A DNA stretch of 64,000 bases from Thermodesulfovibrionales bacterium (GCA_963715195.1 CAVQRT010000030.1:160001-224000), one strand, 5' to 3'; numbered from the stretch's first letter, positions 1-9,867 are shown. The notes: a model not told the origin generated them from the letters alone. Numbers and translations are program-made.

Positions 1-335
1 GGTTTGCGGAAGTAGAGGTATTTACCAAATTCGGGGCCCATCTTGAGGAAGAAACAGCAAAGCTTATCAGGCGCGGAGAGCGCATGAGAGAGGTGCTCAA
101 GCAACCGAGGTTTCATCCCTTTACGCTTCCGGCCATGGTATTGAGTTTCATCATTTTAGAATCAGGCATGCTCGATGCGGTTGATATTGCTTCGACGGGA
201 AAAGCCTGTATGGAAATTCTGAACAGGACACTGAGTGCACATGCGGAACTGGTGAATAAAATCGACCAGGAAGGAAGGCTTGCCGATAAGGATATCGAGA
301 TGCTGAAAAATACCATCACTGCTGTTGAGATTTAG
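1..335 (+). CDS. atpA: F1Fo ATP synthase subunit alpha, C-terminal part (5'-truncated by window); alternative/N-ATPase type
   Basis: The frame is open from position 3 and reads FAEVEVFTKFGAHLEEETAKLIRRGERMREVLKQP, matching the alpha C-terminal motif. Gamma follows directly. Confidence 0.85.
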   Translation, partial: FAEVEVFTKFGAHLEEETAKLIRRGERMREVLKQPRFHPFTLPAMVLSFIILESGMLDAVDIASTGKACMEILNRTLSAHAELVNKIDQEGRLADKDIEMLKNTITAVEI

Positions 336-337
336 GC

Positions 338-1177
338 ATGCCATACTCTGAAGATGTCGAAAAAAGGATTCAATCCTTTGATACCATAGCAGATATTGTC
401 AGCGCCATGAAGGCGTATGCGGGAGTAACCATAAGAAAGACAGAACAGATTGTACCCAACGTGAGGGAGTATGAAAAAAATGTCCTTTTCGTTCTGTCGG
501 ATCTGATCGTCAATTATCCTGATCTGCTTTTGATGAAAAGGAACAGAGAGAAAAGGATTATTGTAGCCTTCGGCTCTTCCCAGGGATTATGCGGAGCATA
601 TAATGAAAAAGTCGCTGATGCCGTTGCTGAAGTGATCGGAGATAAAGATGTCCTGTTTGTTATTGGCAGAAGACTTTCCTCATCATTGTTGTTGAGGCAT
701 ATAGCCTTTGAGAATTATAGTGATTCTGTATTGAGCGTCAGCGGTATACAGGCTGCATTGGAAAAAACCATTGTTCAGATAATGGACATCTACAGGAAGA
801 ACGATTTTTATAATCTTACTTTTATTTTTACCTCCCTTTTCGAAAACAAGGCACAGATTGCCATAGAGCAAATACTGCCGCCCGATATTAACAGAATGTC
901 TGCGATGGGGCCGGACAAGAGGACACCCTTTACTTATCTGAATGCAGAGGTCATTTTTGCAAAGGCGTTAGAGGAACTCCTTTATATCAGCTTTTACCGG
1001 TGCTATGCAGAATCTTTGCGGAGCGAGAACTGGTATCGCCTGAGGAGCATGGAGGGCGCTTCGGAATCAATAAAGAAGCATATCGGAGAACTCAGTTCTC
1101 TGCAAAAGTATATCCGGCAGGAAGAGATCACAGAGGAGATGCTCGAGATATTAGGCAGTGGAATGTTCTACAGATAA
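338..1177 (+). CDS. atpG: F1Fo ATP synthase subunit gamma (N-ATPase-like)
   Basis: IVSAMK N-terminal helix, SSQGLCGAYN, SENWYRLRSMEGA and RQEEITEEMLEI C-terminus. Confidence 0.9.
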   Translation: MPYSEDVEKRIQSFDTIADIVSAMKAYAGVTIRKTEQIVPNVREYEKNVLFVLSDLIVNYPDLLLMKRNREKRIIVAFGSSQGLCGAYNEKVADAVAEVIGDKDVLFVIGRRLSSSLLLRHIAFENYSDSVLSVSGIQAALEKTIVQIMDIYRKNDFYNLTFIFTSLFENKAQIAIEQILPPDINRMSAMGPDKRTPFTYLNAEVIFAKALEELLYISFYRCYAESLRSENWYRLRSMEGASESIKKHIGELSSLQKYIRQEEITEEMLEILGSGMFYR

Positions 1178-1607
1178 GTATCCAAAATATGGATCTTTGA
1201 TCAAAGAGTCCGTTGTCTCTTTTTACGAAAAGCAAGGTGATAATGGTCATATATTTGGACGACTGAATAGTCGGAAGACAGGCACTAAACATTGTTCCTG
1301 TTAAGCCAAATTTCATTCACTGAGGAACCTGTTGATTCGTATTTATAATCCACGCCTGATTCTGAATGTTAAAAATGCGGACTTGGTGAAGAAATTTCTG
1401 GCTGGGTTCAAACCTCCAAATTATCCTTTTACGTGGAATTGCATTAATTGAGCAATTTCTTATAGGATATTGAATGTTATGAGCAATTTTCTTACTGGGT
1501 TATCTGCAAGGCAAAATTGCAAGTCATTGATTTTATTGGAGACGAAATTTCATTTTATGCGCATTCCTACATCAGATGAACATTGCTTGAGAAGAGAAGA
1601 GAGAAAT

Positions 1608-2054
1608 TTGGAAATAAGAAAAATAAGCTTAAGAAATTCTATAGCTGTACTTGGTCTTTTCATTATGTTTTTCCTTGTGGCATGCGGGAAAAAGGAAGTG
1701 AAGCCGGTTTCCCAGGAATCAAAGCTTGCGCAGGAGGCTTTCCAGCTCGCTGAGACTTTGAAGCTAGCCTATATCAAAAACGACCGTGAAACTCTTCAGG
1801 ATAACTGCACAAACGATGGCTACCGGGAGTTAATCGGCGCCATAAAGAAATTCGATAGAGCTGAACTCACTTTTACTCCAACATGGGTTGAGATAAAGGA
1901 TTCCTCAGTGTACCTATCAGTTTCGTGGAAAGGGGTGTGGCTTGAGGGGAGCAAAAGCAGGGAAGAACGAGGTTTGGGTATTTTTGTTCTTGTAGGAAGT
2001 CCCCTGAAACTCGGCGCGGTTCAAAGAGACAATCCCTTCCGCCAGCCTGAGTAA
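1608..2054 (+). CDS. Hypothetical lipoprotein
   Basis: Basic N-terminus, hydrophobic stretch and lipobox LVAC. The start is uncertain (TTG at 1608 preferred over 1470). Confidence 0.65.
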   Translation: MEIRKISLRNSIAVLGLFIMFFLVACGKKEVKPVSQESKLAQEAFQLAETLKLAYIKNDRETLQDNCTNDGYRELIGAIKKFDRAELTFTPTWVEIKDSSVYLSVSWKGVWLEGSKSREERGLGIFVLVGSPLKLGAVQRDNPFRQPE

Positions 2055-2120
2055 GCATATTGGGGAACTTCACAAATTTCAATTTGACAATATATGTATT
2101 GATCTGAATTATCGAGGGTT

Positions 2121-2339
2121 CTATTTGCACGAACTGCAGGAGGTTTTGCTGCAGGAGGAGCATCCTGCTGATGCAGCAGTTCCGGCGAGTGGTCTTTCGG
2201 TGCCTGCAGAGCAAAATACTGAGAATTTCTTCTTCACTGCTTTTGAACTGCATTTCGGACACTCAACTTCCTGATTCCCGAAGACGAGTTTCTCGAAGTC
2301 TTCACTGCAATCGGTGCATGTATATTCGTAAATCGGCAT
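2121..2339 (-). CDS. FmdB-family zinc-ribbon regulatory protein
   Basis: MPIYEYxCxxC...CPxC with Cys-rich tail CSSCSKTSCSSC; GGAG SD upstream. Confidence 0.9.
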   Translation of the reverse strand: MPIYEYTCTDCSEDFEKLVFGNQEVECPKCSSKAVKKKFSVFCSAGTERPLAGTAASAGCSSCSKTSCSSCK

Positions 2340-2400
2340 ATAGAACTCCTGTAATTATTATGTAATCTGACGACTAACAACTGATGGCTGACACCGGCTA

Positions 2401-3048
2401 CTATCTCTTCGGTACTTTTTCCCAATCCTTCAAAAACTTGGAAAGACCGATATCAGTAAGCGGGTGCTTCATCAGTTGTATTATAACAGAATAGGGGATC
2501 GTCGCGATATGAGCCCCCATAAGGGCAGCTTCAACAACATGGAGAGGGTTTCTGACACTTGCGACAATCACCTCGGTTTCGAACAGGTAATTTTCATATA
2601 TTGTGATGATGTCGCTGACAAGGTCCATCCCGGTATGGCTAATGTCATCGAGCCTTCCTACAAAGGGGCTCACAAACGATGCACCTGCCTTTGCCGCAAT
2701 AAGAGCCTGGCATGGGGAAAAGACAAGGGTCACATTTGTTCTGATACCCACTCCCGAAAGCCTTTTCACTGCCTTCATGCCCTCCTCGATCATCGGGATC
2801 TTGACGACGATATTGGGATGGATTTTGGAGAGGGTTTCGGCCTCTCTGATCATATCATCGGCTTTCAAGCCGACTACCTCTGCGTTTACGGGACCGTCGA
2901 CAATAGAACAAATCTCCTTAAATAAGGTAACGGGGTCACTGTTCTCTTTTGCGATCAGTGACGGGTTGGTTGTCACTCCATCGATTAGACCCAGTTCCCA
3001 GGCCCTCTTAATCTCGTCAATGTTTGCGGTATCTATAAAGAATTTCAT
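2401..3048 (-). CDS. fsa: Transaldolase / fructose-6-phosphate aldolase (TalC/Fsa family)
   Basis: [22 protein letters not shown] Schiff-base Lys, SPFVGRLDD. Confidence 0.92.
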   Translation of the reverse strand: MKFFIDTANIDEIKRAWELGLIDGVTTNPSLIAKENSDPVTLFKEICSIVDGPVNAEVVGLKADDMIREAETLSKIHPNIVVKIPMIEEGMKAVKRLSGVGIRTNVTLVFSPCQALIAAKAGASFVSPFVGRLDDISHTGMDLVSDIITIYENYLFETEVIVASVRNPLHVVEAALMGAHIATIPYSVIIQLMKHPLTDIGLSKFLKDWEKVPKR

Positions 3049-3168
3049 GTCGCCTCCTCAGAGCTGATTTTTATGCGTTCATTATACAATATTGAACTTA
3101 TCGAATACATATCATGTATGCCGCCAAATACAATATCTGCCGGTCGATGTATGATCATAAAACACACT

Positions 3169-4362
3169 TCAGGCGAGATTAAATACAGGAGTTTTCACAA
3201 CTGCTTCTTCGAGGACCTCGATGAGATGCACTACCGGCTTGTCTTTGCAGCTCTTTGAAAGCTGCAGGATGCAGCCGGGGCAAGAGGTGATGATCACCTC
3301 TGCCTCTGAATTTGCATATTGGTTCATGCATGTTGCGAGAATCTGCTGCGAAAGGTCCTGAAAAGTGAAGCTGAAGGTGCCCGCAAACCCGCAGCATCGT
3401 GTCTCGCCGGTTTTTAACAAATCAATCCCTATATCCCTGATAAGCTTCCGGGGTTCCTGTTCTATGGAAAGTCCATATTTCAGATGGCAGGGTTCGTGAT
3501 AAAGAGCTTTCTTAAGCGGTGAGGAGACACCCGATAAGACTGACAGGTCCATTTTTTCGATCAGGAAGGTTGAAATATCCTGTGCTTTCTGAATTCCTTC
3601 ACCGATGAGTAATGGATATTCACGCTGGATAGTCAGCGTGCAGGTCGGACAGAGGCTCAGGACTGCTTCGACATTCAGCGTGTTGAACACATGGACATTC
3701 CTTTTGGCAAGCTGTTGAGCTTCCTCCTCAAGGCCGAGGCCGCGCAACGGAGCCCCGCAGCATGCTTCCGTTGCCGGAAGAATAACCTCGTAGCCGAGTG
3801 TATGTAAAATGTTAATCAGCGATTTACCGAGGTGCGGATATACGAAGTTGACCATGCATCCGGTGAATAACGCTACCCGTCCTTTTCTCTGCGGGACAGA
3901 AACAACCTTTGCAGAGTTTCTGAGACAGTGGTCGGGCAGTTCAAACTGTGACGGGATAAACCCTTGTTTCAAAAGATATGGCCTGAAAATATGCTGTAGC
4001 ATGCCGATCAATGTAAAGCTCAACTTTGGTCTCTTTGCGGAGAAGGTGATAAGGCGGCGGATGAGACTCCTCTTTTTGTCATCACTTTGCAGGATAGTTC
4101 TTCCGTGGTGGATGGCTTCTTTTATATCGACGCCGGCCGGGCAGAGGCTGGAGCATGCGCCGCACAACGTACAGCTGAAAATACGGTCGTGCAGGACCGG
4201 GGAGGGAATAAGTGTTCCCGAGGCAATCCCCCGGAGAAGCGCAAGCCGTCCCCTCGCACCCATCGGTTCTGTGGAAGCCTCGTCGTAGGTCGGACAGAAG
4301 GCTTTGCAACTTCCGCAACGGACGCATTTCGAGAGATCGTTCAGATAACGGGCAGTTTCCAT
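3169..4362 (-). CDS. GlcF-like Fe-S oxidoreductase (2x[4Fe-4S] plus two CCG domains)
   Basis: CVRCGSCKAFCP and CTLCGACSSLCP ferredoxin motifs; CCG, CPTC, HEPCH, CCGFAG, SCPGC. Confidence 0.85.
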   Translation of the reverse strand: METARYLNDLSKCVRCGSCKAFCPTYDEASTEPMGARGRLALLRGIASGTLIPSPVLHDRIFSCTLCGACSSLCPAGVDIKEAIHHGRTILQSDDKKRSLIRRLITFSAKRPKLSFTLIGMLQHIFRPYLLKQGFIPSQFELPDHCLRNSAKVVSVPQRKGRVALFTGCMVNFVYPHLGKSLINILHTLGYEVILPATEACCGAPLRGLGLEEEAQQLAKRNVHVFNTLNVEAVLSLCPTCTLTIQREYPLLIGEGIQKAQDISTFLIEKMDLSVLSGVSSPLKKALYHEPCHLKYGLSIEQEPRKLIRDIGIDLLKTGETRCCGFAGTFSFTFQDLSQQILATCMNQYANSEAEVIITSCPGCILQLSKSCKDKPVVHLIEVLEEAVVKTPVFNLA

Positions 4363-4364
4363 GT

Positions 4365-5174
4365 TCAGGTGTTCTTCTTAAGGACCCGGTCCATGCTGCC
4401 GCTCTGGTAACCGTCGAGATCAAGCGATATGAATCCGTAGCCGAGGGATTTGAGCGCTTCTGAGATTGCCGTCCTCTTCCCGGGGTCGAGAACCAGGTCA
4501 AGTTCCTCTTGCCTGACTTCTATCCGGGCGACAGAGCCGTGATCCCTTACCCGGAACTCTCTGAATCCGAGCGAACGAAGGAAATTTTCTGCCCTTTCGA
4601 CACGATGTAAGGCCTCCCTCGTAATTCGCTGGCCATAGGGAAACCGTGTGGCAAGGCACGGAGAGGAAGGCTTATCCCATGTCGGAAGTCCCAATCGACG
4701 GGAAAATTGCCTGACTTCACTTTTTGATAAATGGGCTTCCACAAGCGGGCTCCTGACACGGTATTGTCCCGCTGCCTTTCTGCCGGGCCTGAATTCATTT
4801 ATGTCATCGCGGGTGCTTCCATCAAGAATAAATGCATAACCCTCTTTAAGCGCAATAGATTGCAGTTCCCTGTACAATCTATCCTTACAGAAAAAACACC
4901 TTTCAGGCGTATTTCTGACAAATTCATCTCTCAAAAGCATGTTGATACTGATAATTCTGTGTTTTATCCCAAGCTTGTCTGCTATTCCCTGTGCCGTCAG
5001 CACATCCTCGTACGGGATGACTTCTGTAGCTGCGGTTACCGAAAGTGCATTTATGCCTGAAACCTGAATTGCTTTCAGAAGAAATGTGCTGTCAACCCCG
5101 CTTGAGAAGGCAAGGAGCGCGCTTCGCATTCCCTGGAGTATAGTCAAAAGATTTTGGAATTTTTTGTTTTCCAT
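4365..5174 (-). CDS. larE: LarE-like ATP-dependent sulfur transferase (PP-loop)
   Basis: SSGVDS PP-loop, RCFFCK, RPG, WDKPSSPCLATRFPYG, RVRDHG, DLDGYQSGS. Confidence 0.85.
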   Translation of the reverse strand: MENKKFQNLLTILQGMRSALLAFSSGVDSTFLLKAIQVSGINALSVTAATEVIPYEDVLTAQGIADKLGIKHRIISINMLLRDEFVRNTPERCFFCKDRLYRELQSIALKEGYAFILDGSTRDDINEFRPGRKAAGQYRVRSPLVEAHLSKSEVRQFSRRLGLPTWDKPSSPCLATRFPYGQRITREALHRVERAENFLRSLGFREFRVRDHGSVARIEVRQEELDLVLDPGKRTAISEALKSLGYGFISLDLDGYQSGSMDRVLKKNT

Positions 5175-5193
5175 ACAAGAAATAAACGACGAG

Positions 5194-5228
5194 GAATTTA
5201 GGATTTAGATATTAGAATTTAGATTTTT
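5194..5228. repeat. Five degenerate heptamer repeats (GAATTTA-like)
   Basis: gaattta ggattta gatatta gaattta gattttt between rng and larE. Confidence 0.7.
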
Positions 5229-5230
5229 GA

Positions 5231-6736
5231 CTACAATACTGTTACTTCATAATTTTCCTGATGCAGGCTGCGGCTTTCCCGTATGGTTATCTTCACGGTG
5301 TACCTGTTTTCGATATCCTCTACCCCTGCACGCTCTTCGTCTGATAGAAAGTCGGCAACGGAAGGGTGGGCAGTAACAATGATTTTTTCGCTTCCGTGTT
5401 TGGCGAGCCGCGTTACTTTTCTGAATATTTCATAACAGAGTGTTTTCGGTGATTTTACAAAACCCTTGCCTTCGCAGTATGGGCAGGACTCGCAGAGTGT
5501 TCTGCCGAGGCTCTCCCGGACCCTTTTTCGTGTCATCTGAATAAGGCCGAGTTCAGAAATATGGGAGATTGTATTTTTGGCACGGTCTTTTTTCATTGCC
5601 TCGGAAAAAGCATTGAATACCCTTTCCCGGTTTTCATATTTTTCCATATCGATAAAGTCGACGATAATGATTCCGCCGAGGTTGCGGAGCCTGATCTGAT
5701 AAGCGATCTCCTTCACTGCCTCAAGATTGGTCTTCAGGATGGTATCTTCCAGCTCCTCCTTGCCGACAAACTTGCCGGTGTTCACATCAATGACCGTCAT
5801 GGCCTCTGTCTGATCAATAACAATGTATCCGCCGGATTTTAGCCAGACCTTCCGTCCGAGAGCCCGTGATATGTCGAATTCGATACCGAAGGCATCGAAT
5901 ATCGGTTCGATGCCTTCATACAGTTCTATCTTTCCCAGAAGCTTTTCGAAATATGTCCGCACGAAATCTTTGATGCGTTCATACTCTTCTCCTGAATCAA
6001 CGACAAGCCGTTTGACGTCCTGTATCATTAGGTCTCTGACGCTCCTGAAGACGAGGTCAAGATCACTGTATAGCATGGTTGGCGCTGATACCCGGTCCTT
6101 CTTCTTCTGGACGGTTTCCCATAAGAGGAGAAGAAATTCAAGGTCCTTCTGGAGGTCTTCTTCGGCTGATCCCTCGCTTGCCGTTCGTATGATCAGTCCA
6201 AACCCCTTCGGGTTTAAATTCTCAACAATGGTTCTGAGCCGGATTCTTTCAGACTCGTCGGATATTCTTCGTGATATGCCGATATGCTCGACATTCGGCA
6301 TGAGAACGAGGTATCTGCCCGGTATGGTCACGTAGGAGGTCACGCGGGCTCCCTTACTGCCAATAGGGTCTTTTGATACCTGAACAAGGATCTCCTGCCC
6401 TTCCTGAATCAGCTCTTCTATGGTGAGGTCGGGTTTTCCCCTCTTTGAGACGATCTCGATGGAATTAATTTTTTCTTCTTCCTCAAGAAACGGGGCAAAT
6501 TCTTCCAGCCCTGCGTGAATATCGCTTACATAGAGGAAAGCAGCCTTTTCAAGACCGATGTCGATAAAGGCAGACTGCATGCCCGGCAGAATTTTCACGA
6601 CTTTCCCCTTATAGATATTGCCGACAAGGCTCGCGTCTCTCTTTCTCTCGATATAGAATTCAACAACCTGACCGCCCTCAAGGAGGCCAACCCTTATCTC
6701 ATCCCGCGTTACATTAATTAATATTTCGCTGTCCAT
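5231..6736 (-). CDS. rng: Ribonuclease G (Rne/Rng family)
   Basis: GNIYKGKV S1 domain, IDVNTG, RLRNLGGIIIVDFIDM, CPYCEGKG Zn link. Confidence 0.95.
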   Translation of the reverse strand: MDSEILINVTRDEIRVGLLEGGQVVEFYIERKRDASLVGNIYKGKVVKILPGMQSAFIDIGLEKAAFLYVSDIHAGLEEFAPFLEEEEKINSIEIVSKRGKPDLTIEELIQEGQEILVQVSKDPIGSKGARVTSYVTIPGRYLVLMPNVEHIGISRRISDESERIRLRTIVENLNPKGFGLIIRTASEGSAEEDLQKDLEFLLLLWETVQKKKDRVSAPTMLYSDLDLVFRSVRDLMIQDVKRLVVDSGEEYERIKDFVRTYFEKLLGKIELYEGIEPIFDAFGIEFDISRALGRKVWLKSGGYIVIDQTEAMTVIDVNTGKFVGKEELEDTILKTNLEAVKEIAYQIRLRNLGGIIIVDFIDMEKYENRERVFNAFSEAMKKDRAKNTISHISELGLIQMTRKRVRESLGRTLCESCPYCEGKGFVKSPKTLCYEIFRKVTRLAKHGSEKIIVTAHPSVADFLSDEERAGVEDIENRYTVKITIRESRSLHQENYEVTVL

Positions 6737-9255
6737 TGCATGCTCCGTTCAATTGGCTTTACCCACCCGCTTTTCCATCCATAGAGCCCTGTCCTTGTTA
6801 TATCGAGCTCATTGAGAGATTTCCTGCATACCAGCGGGATAAGTTCACCCAGCCTCACCTTGGTATCACCCTGATCTGCAAGAACAAATAAAACAGCAAT
6901 GTCCCCGCGTGGGATAACTTCTTCTATCATATTCCTGATGTTTATTGTACCTCTTTCTCTGTCAACAAGCAGCTCTTTTTTTGATAACACCTCGTGAATA
7001 GCTGATATATCAGCACCCTTTATTTCATACTCATATCGGCAGATAAAGGCATTGAGCGATGGTTCCCCTGCAGGGATGACTGACATGTCACAAACGGAGA
7101 TGCCATCCGGAAGCGTTCCATTCAGTTTTTCCCTGTTCGTGATCAAGTCAAAAGGGGGCGTAACCTCCATGTCGAAGTATTCTCTCAGTCCGGCAATGCC
7201 AACTCCGAGCGGCGGACCGAATGATACCTTCGGGGCTGGATGAAATCCTTTGGAGAACTCGAGGGGAAAGCCGGCTCTCCTCATTGCCCGGTGAAACATG
7301 GTAACTAGTTCAAGATGTGAGAGGTATCTCAATCTGTCTGTCTTGGCAAATTCAACGCGTATTTTGACCGGTTTGAACCGTCCTGTATGCCCAATAACGG
7401 GCGAAAATTTGTCAGAAAGAAGTTCTTGTTCCCCGGCGGTTGACGGTTGAGCATTCAATGATTTCTTGCAGTCAAGTCCGCAATAGTGGCAGGTTTTCCT
7501 GCAATCGATGGTAATTTCCCCAGACAGTGCCTTCAGATACTCTTTCCAGAGAAAATTCTTCGATACCCCCGTATCAACAAAATCCCAGGGCAAAGGATCA
7601 GGAAGGGTGTAGGATTGCTGTGCAAAGGATACAGCGTCTATGCCTGTCAGGTGCATTGCTTCTTCCCATTTTTGATAATCGAAAACCTCAGTCCACCCGT
7701 CGAGCCTGCAGCCCAGTGACCATGCTTTTTCGATCAGGGTGGCAATGCCAGCGTCGCCACGGGAGAAAGCAGCCTCCAGGAGGCTCATGCGAATGTCATG
7801 TCCCTTGATATGAAAGCCTTTCCTGGCGAGCCTATTTCTGATATAGGCTTTCTTCTCCCGGAGCTCGTCAATCCTGATCTGTCCGTACCATTGAAAAGGG
7901 GTATGGGCCTTGGGAATGAAAGGAGAAACGCCGATATTAATATTAACAAATCGTTTCGTAAAGTGTTTCGCGGTTTTCAGTGCCTTTAAAGCCATGGCAA
8001 GGATGCCGTCGATATCTTCGTCTGTTTCAGTGGGGAGGCCTATCATAAAATACAGTTTGAGATTGAGCCAGCCTTCTTTGAAGAGAACGTGAAGGGCTTG
8101 TTCATAATCTTCGTCCGAAAAATCTTTATTGATTACTTTCCTGAGACGTTCCGTACCGGCCTCGGGTGCAATGGTAAATCCGGTCTTTCTGACAGAGCTT
8201 ATTTCTTTCAGGAGAGCACTGTTTATTGCCGATATCCTGAGCGAAGGGAGGGAAACCGCGATCTTATCTTTCCTGAATCTCCTGTTCAATTCCCTTACAA
8301 CATCCAAGAGACACGTGTAATCTCCGGCGCTGAGGGATGTAAAGGCGATTTCTTCATAACCGGTATTGTTCAGGGAGGTTTCCGCAAGAGCTAAGGCATT
8401 CTGCAGACTTCTTTCCCTGACAGGCCGGTAAATCATACCCGCCTGGCAGAACCTGCAGCCCATGGAACACCCTCTTGATACCTCAATATTGACCCTGTCA
8501 TGAACAATCGAGGTAAAAGGGACAACTGGCTTGTCCGGGTATGGTGCATTGTCAAGGGAGGAAAGAATGCGGCGCTGAACGGAAAAAGAAGGATGAGAAG
8601 TGAAAGATGAGGGATGAGGGAAGGAGAGATGGTCTTTACATGCCGAAGCATGAAAGAACGGTACAAACATCCCTTCAATCCGGGCAAGAGCTTGAAGAAG
8701 TGATTCCTTTTTGCTGTCACCATCATTTTTCCACCGGTAATAGGTTTCCAATATTTCCTGAACCGCTTCTTCCCCGTCTCCTATCAGAAAGGCGTCAATA
8801 AATGGAGACATCGGCATTGGATTAACTGTGCAAGGTCCTCCGGCGATAATGAGCGGATAATGAGACAAAGATGAACCCAGACGCTCTTCCGATTTAATGG
8901 GTATGCCGCCCATTGAGAGCATATTCAGTACTGTTGTGTAAGAAAGTTCGTATTGCAGACTGAACCCGGCAATATCAAATTCCCTCAGAGGCCGGTTTGA
9001 TTCCAGTGAAGAGAGCAGGAGGCCATTGGTCTTTATTGCTGCCTCTAAATCAATCCATGGAGAAAAGACCCGTTCAGCTGATGCAAACGGAAGCTCGTTT
9101 ATTATCCTATAGAGAATCCTGAGTCCGAGATGGGACATACCGATTTCATAAATATCCGGAAAAACAAGGGCTACCTTGACAGGTTTGTCAGGATAGACGG
9201 TGTTGATTTCATTATTAATGTACCTGCTCGGCTTCTGGAGAAAAGATAAATTCAC
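6718..9255 (-). CDS. B12-binding radical SAM protein fused to radical-SAM-associated C-terminal domain (TIGR03960/TIGR03936-like)
   Basis: PDIYEIGMSHLG, RGCSMGCRFCQAG CxxxCxxC, and C-terminal YLSHLE...GFHPAPKVSFGPPL; upstream of rng. Confidence 0.88.
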   Translation of the reverse strand: MNLSFLQKPSRYINNEINTVYPDKPVKVALVFPDIYEIGMSHLGLRILYRIINELPFASAERVFSPWIDLEAAIKTNGLLLSSLESNRPLREFDIAGFSLQYELSYTTVLNMLSMGGIPIKSEERLGSSLSHYPLIIAGGPCTVNPMPMSPFIDAFLIGDGEEAVQEILETYYRWKNDGDSKKESLLQALARIEGMFVPFFHASACKDHLSFPHPSSFTSHPSFSVQRRILSSLDNAPYPDKPVVPFTSIVHDRVNIEVSRGCSMGCRFCQAGMIYRPVRERSLQNALALAETSLNNTGYEEIAFTSLSAGDYTCLLDVVRELNRRFRKDKIAVSLPSLRISAINSALLKEISSVRKTGFTIAPEAGTERLRKVINKDFSDEDYEQALHVLFKEGWLNLKLYFMIGLPTETDEDIDGILAMALKALKTAKHFTKRFVNINIGVSPFIPKAHTPFQWYGQIRIDELREKKAYIRNRLARKGFHIKGHDIRMSLLEAAFSRGDAGIATLIEKAWSLGCRLDGWTEVFDYQKWEEAMHLTGIDAVSFAQQSYTLPDPLPWDFVDTGVSKNFLWKEYLKALSGEITIDCRKTCHYCGLDCKKSLNAQPSTAGEQELLSDKFSPVIGHTGRFKPVKIRVEFAKTDRLRYLSHLELVTMFHRAMRRAGFPLEFSKGFHPAPKVSFGPPLGVGIAGLREYFDMEVTPPFDLITNREKLNGTLPDGISVCDMSVIPAGEPSLNAFICRYEYEIKGADISAIHEVLSKKELLVDRERGTINIRNMIEEVIPRGDIAVLFVLADQGDTKVRLGELIPLVCRKSLNELDITRTGLYGWKSGWVKPIERSMQWTAKY

Positions 9256-9414
9256 ACATTAAGAATACCATGAAAGCGTATGGTATTGTTCAGCCAGTTA
9301 ATGGCAATTTTTGGGATTAACTGGCATCAAATCGATAGCATAGGTGGACAATATGAGGTAATATTTATTAGAAACTGCTGTACAATCATTGAATAGTTGA
9401 AAAGGAGGGATATT

Positions 9415-9867
9415 ATGTTGAAGGAATTTAAGGAGTTTGCCATGCGCGGAAATGTCCTCGACATGGCTGTCGGTATTGTAATCGGAGCCGCTTTCGGGGC
9501 AATTGTCACTTCATTCGTTGCAGATGTCATCATGCCGCCAATCGGACTTCTTCTCGGTAACATCGATTTTGCCAATCTTTTCATTATCCTAAAGGAGGGT
9601 AAGGTTCCTGGGCCGTATGAATCTCTGGTAGCAGCGAAGGATGCCGGGGCAGTTACCATTAATTATGGTCTTTTTCTGAATACCGTCATCAGTTTTTTGA
9701 TTGTCGCCTTTGCCATATTTCTTCTTATAAAGAATGTTAACAGAATGAAGAGAGAGCAGGAGGCTCCTCCAACAGTGCCTACAACAAAGGAATGCCCTTT
9801 CTGCCTGTCAACGATTCCCATGAAGGCAGTAAAGTGCGCTTACTGTACTGCCGAATTAAAGCAATAA
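9415..9867 (+). CDS. mscL: Large-conductance mechanosensitive channel with C-terminal zinc ribbon
   Basis: [24 protein letters not shown]-terminal CPFC...CAYC; AGGAGG SD before ATG 9415. Confidence 0.95.
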   Translation: MLKEFKEFAMRGNVLDMAVGIVIGAAFGAIVTSFVADVIMPPIGLLLGNIDFANLFIILKEGKVPGPYESLVAAKDAGAVTINYGLFLNTVISFLIVAFAIFLLIKNVNRMKREQEAPPTVPTTKECPFCLSTIPMKAVKCAYCTAELKQ

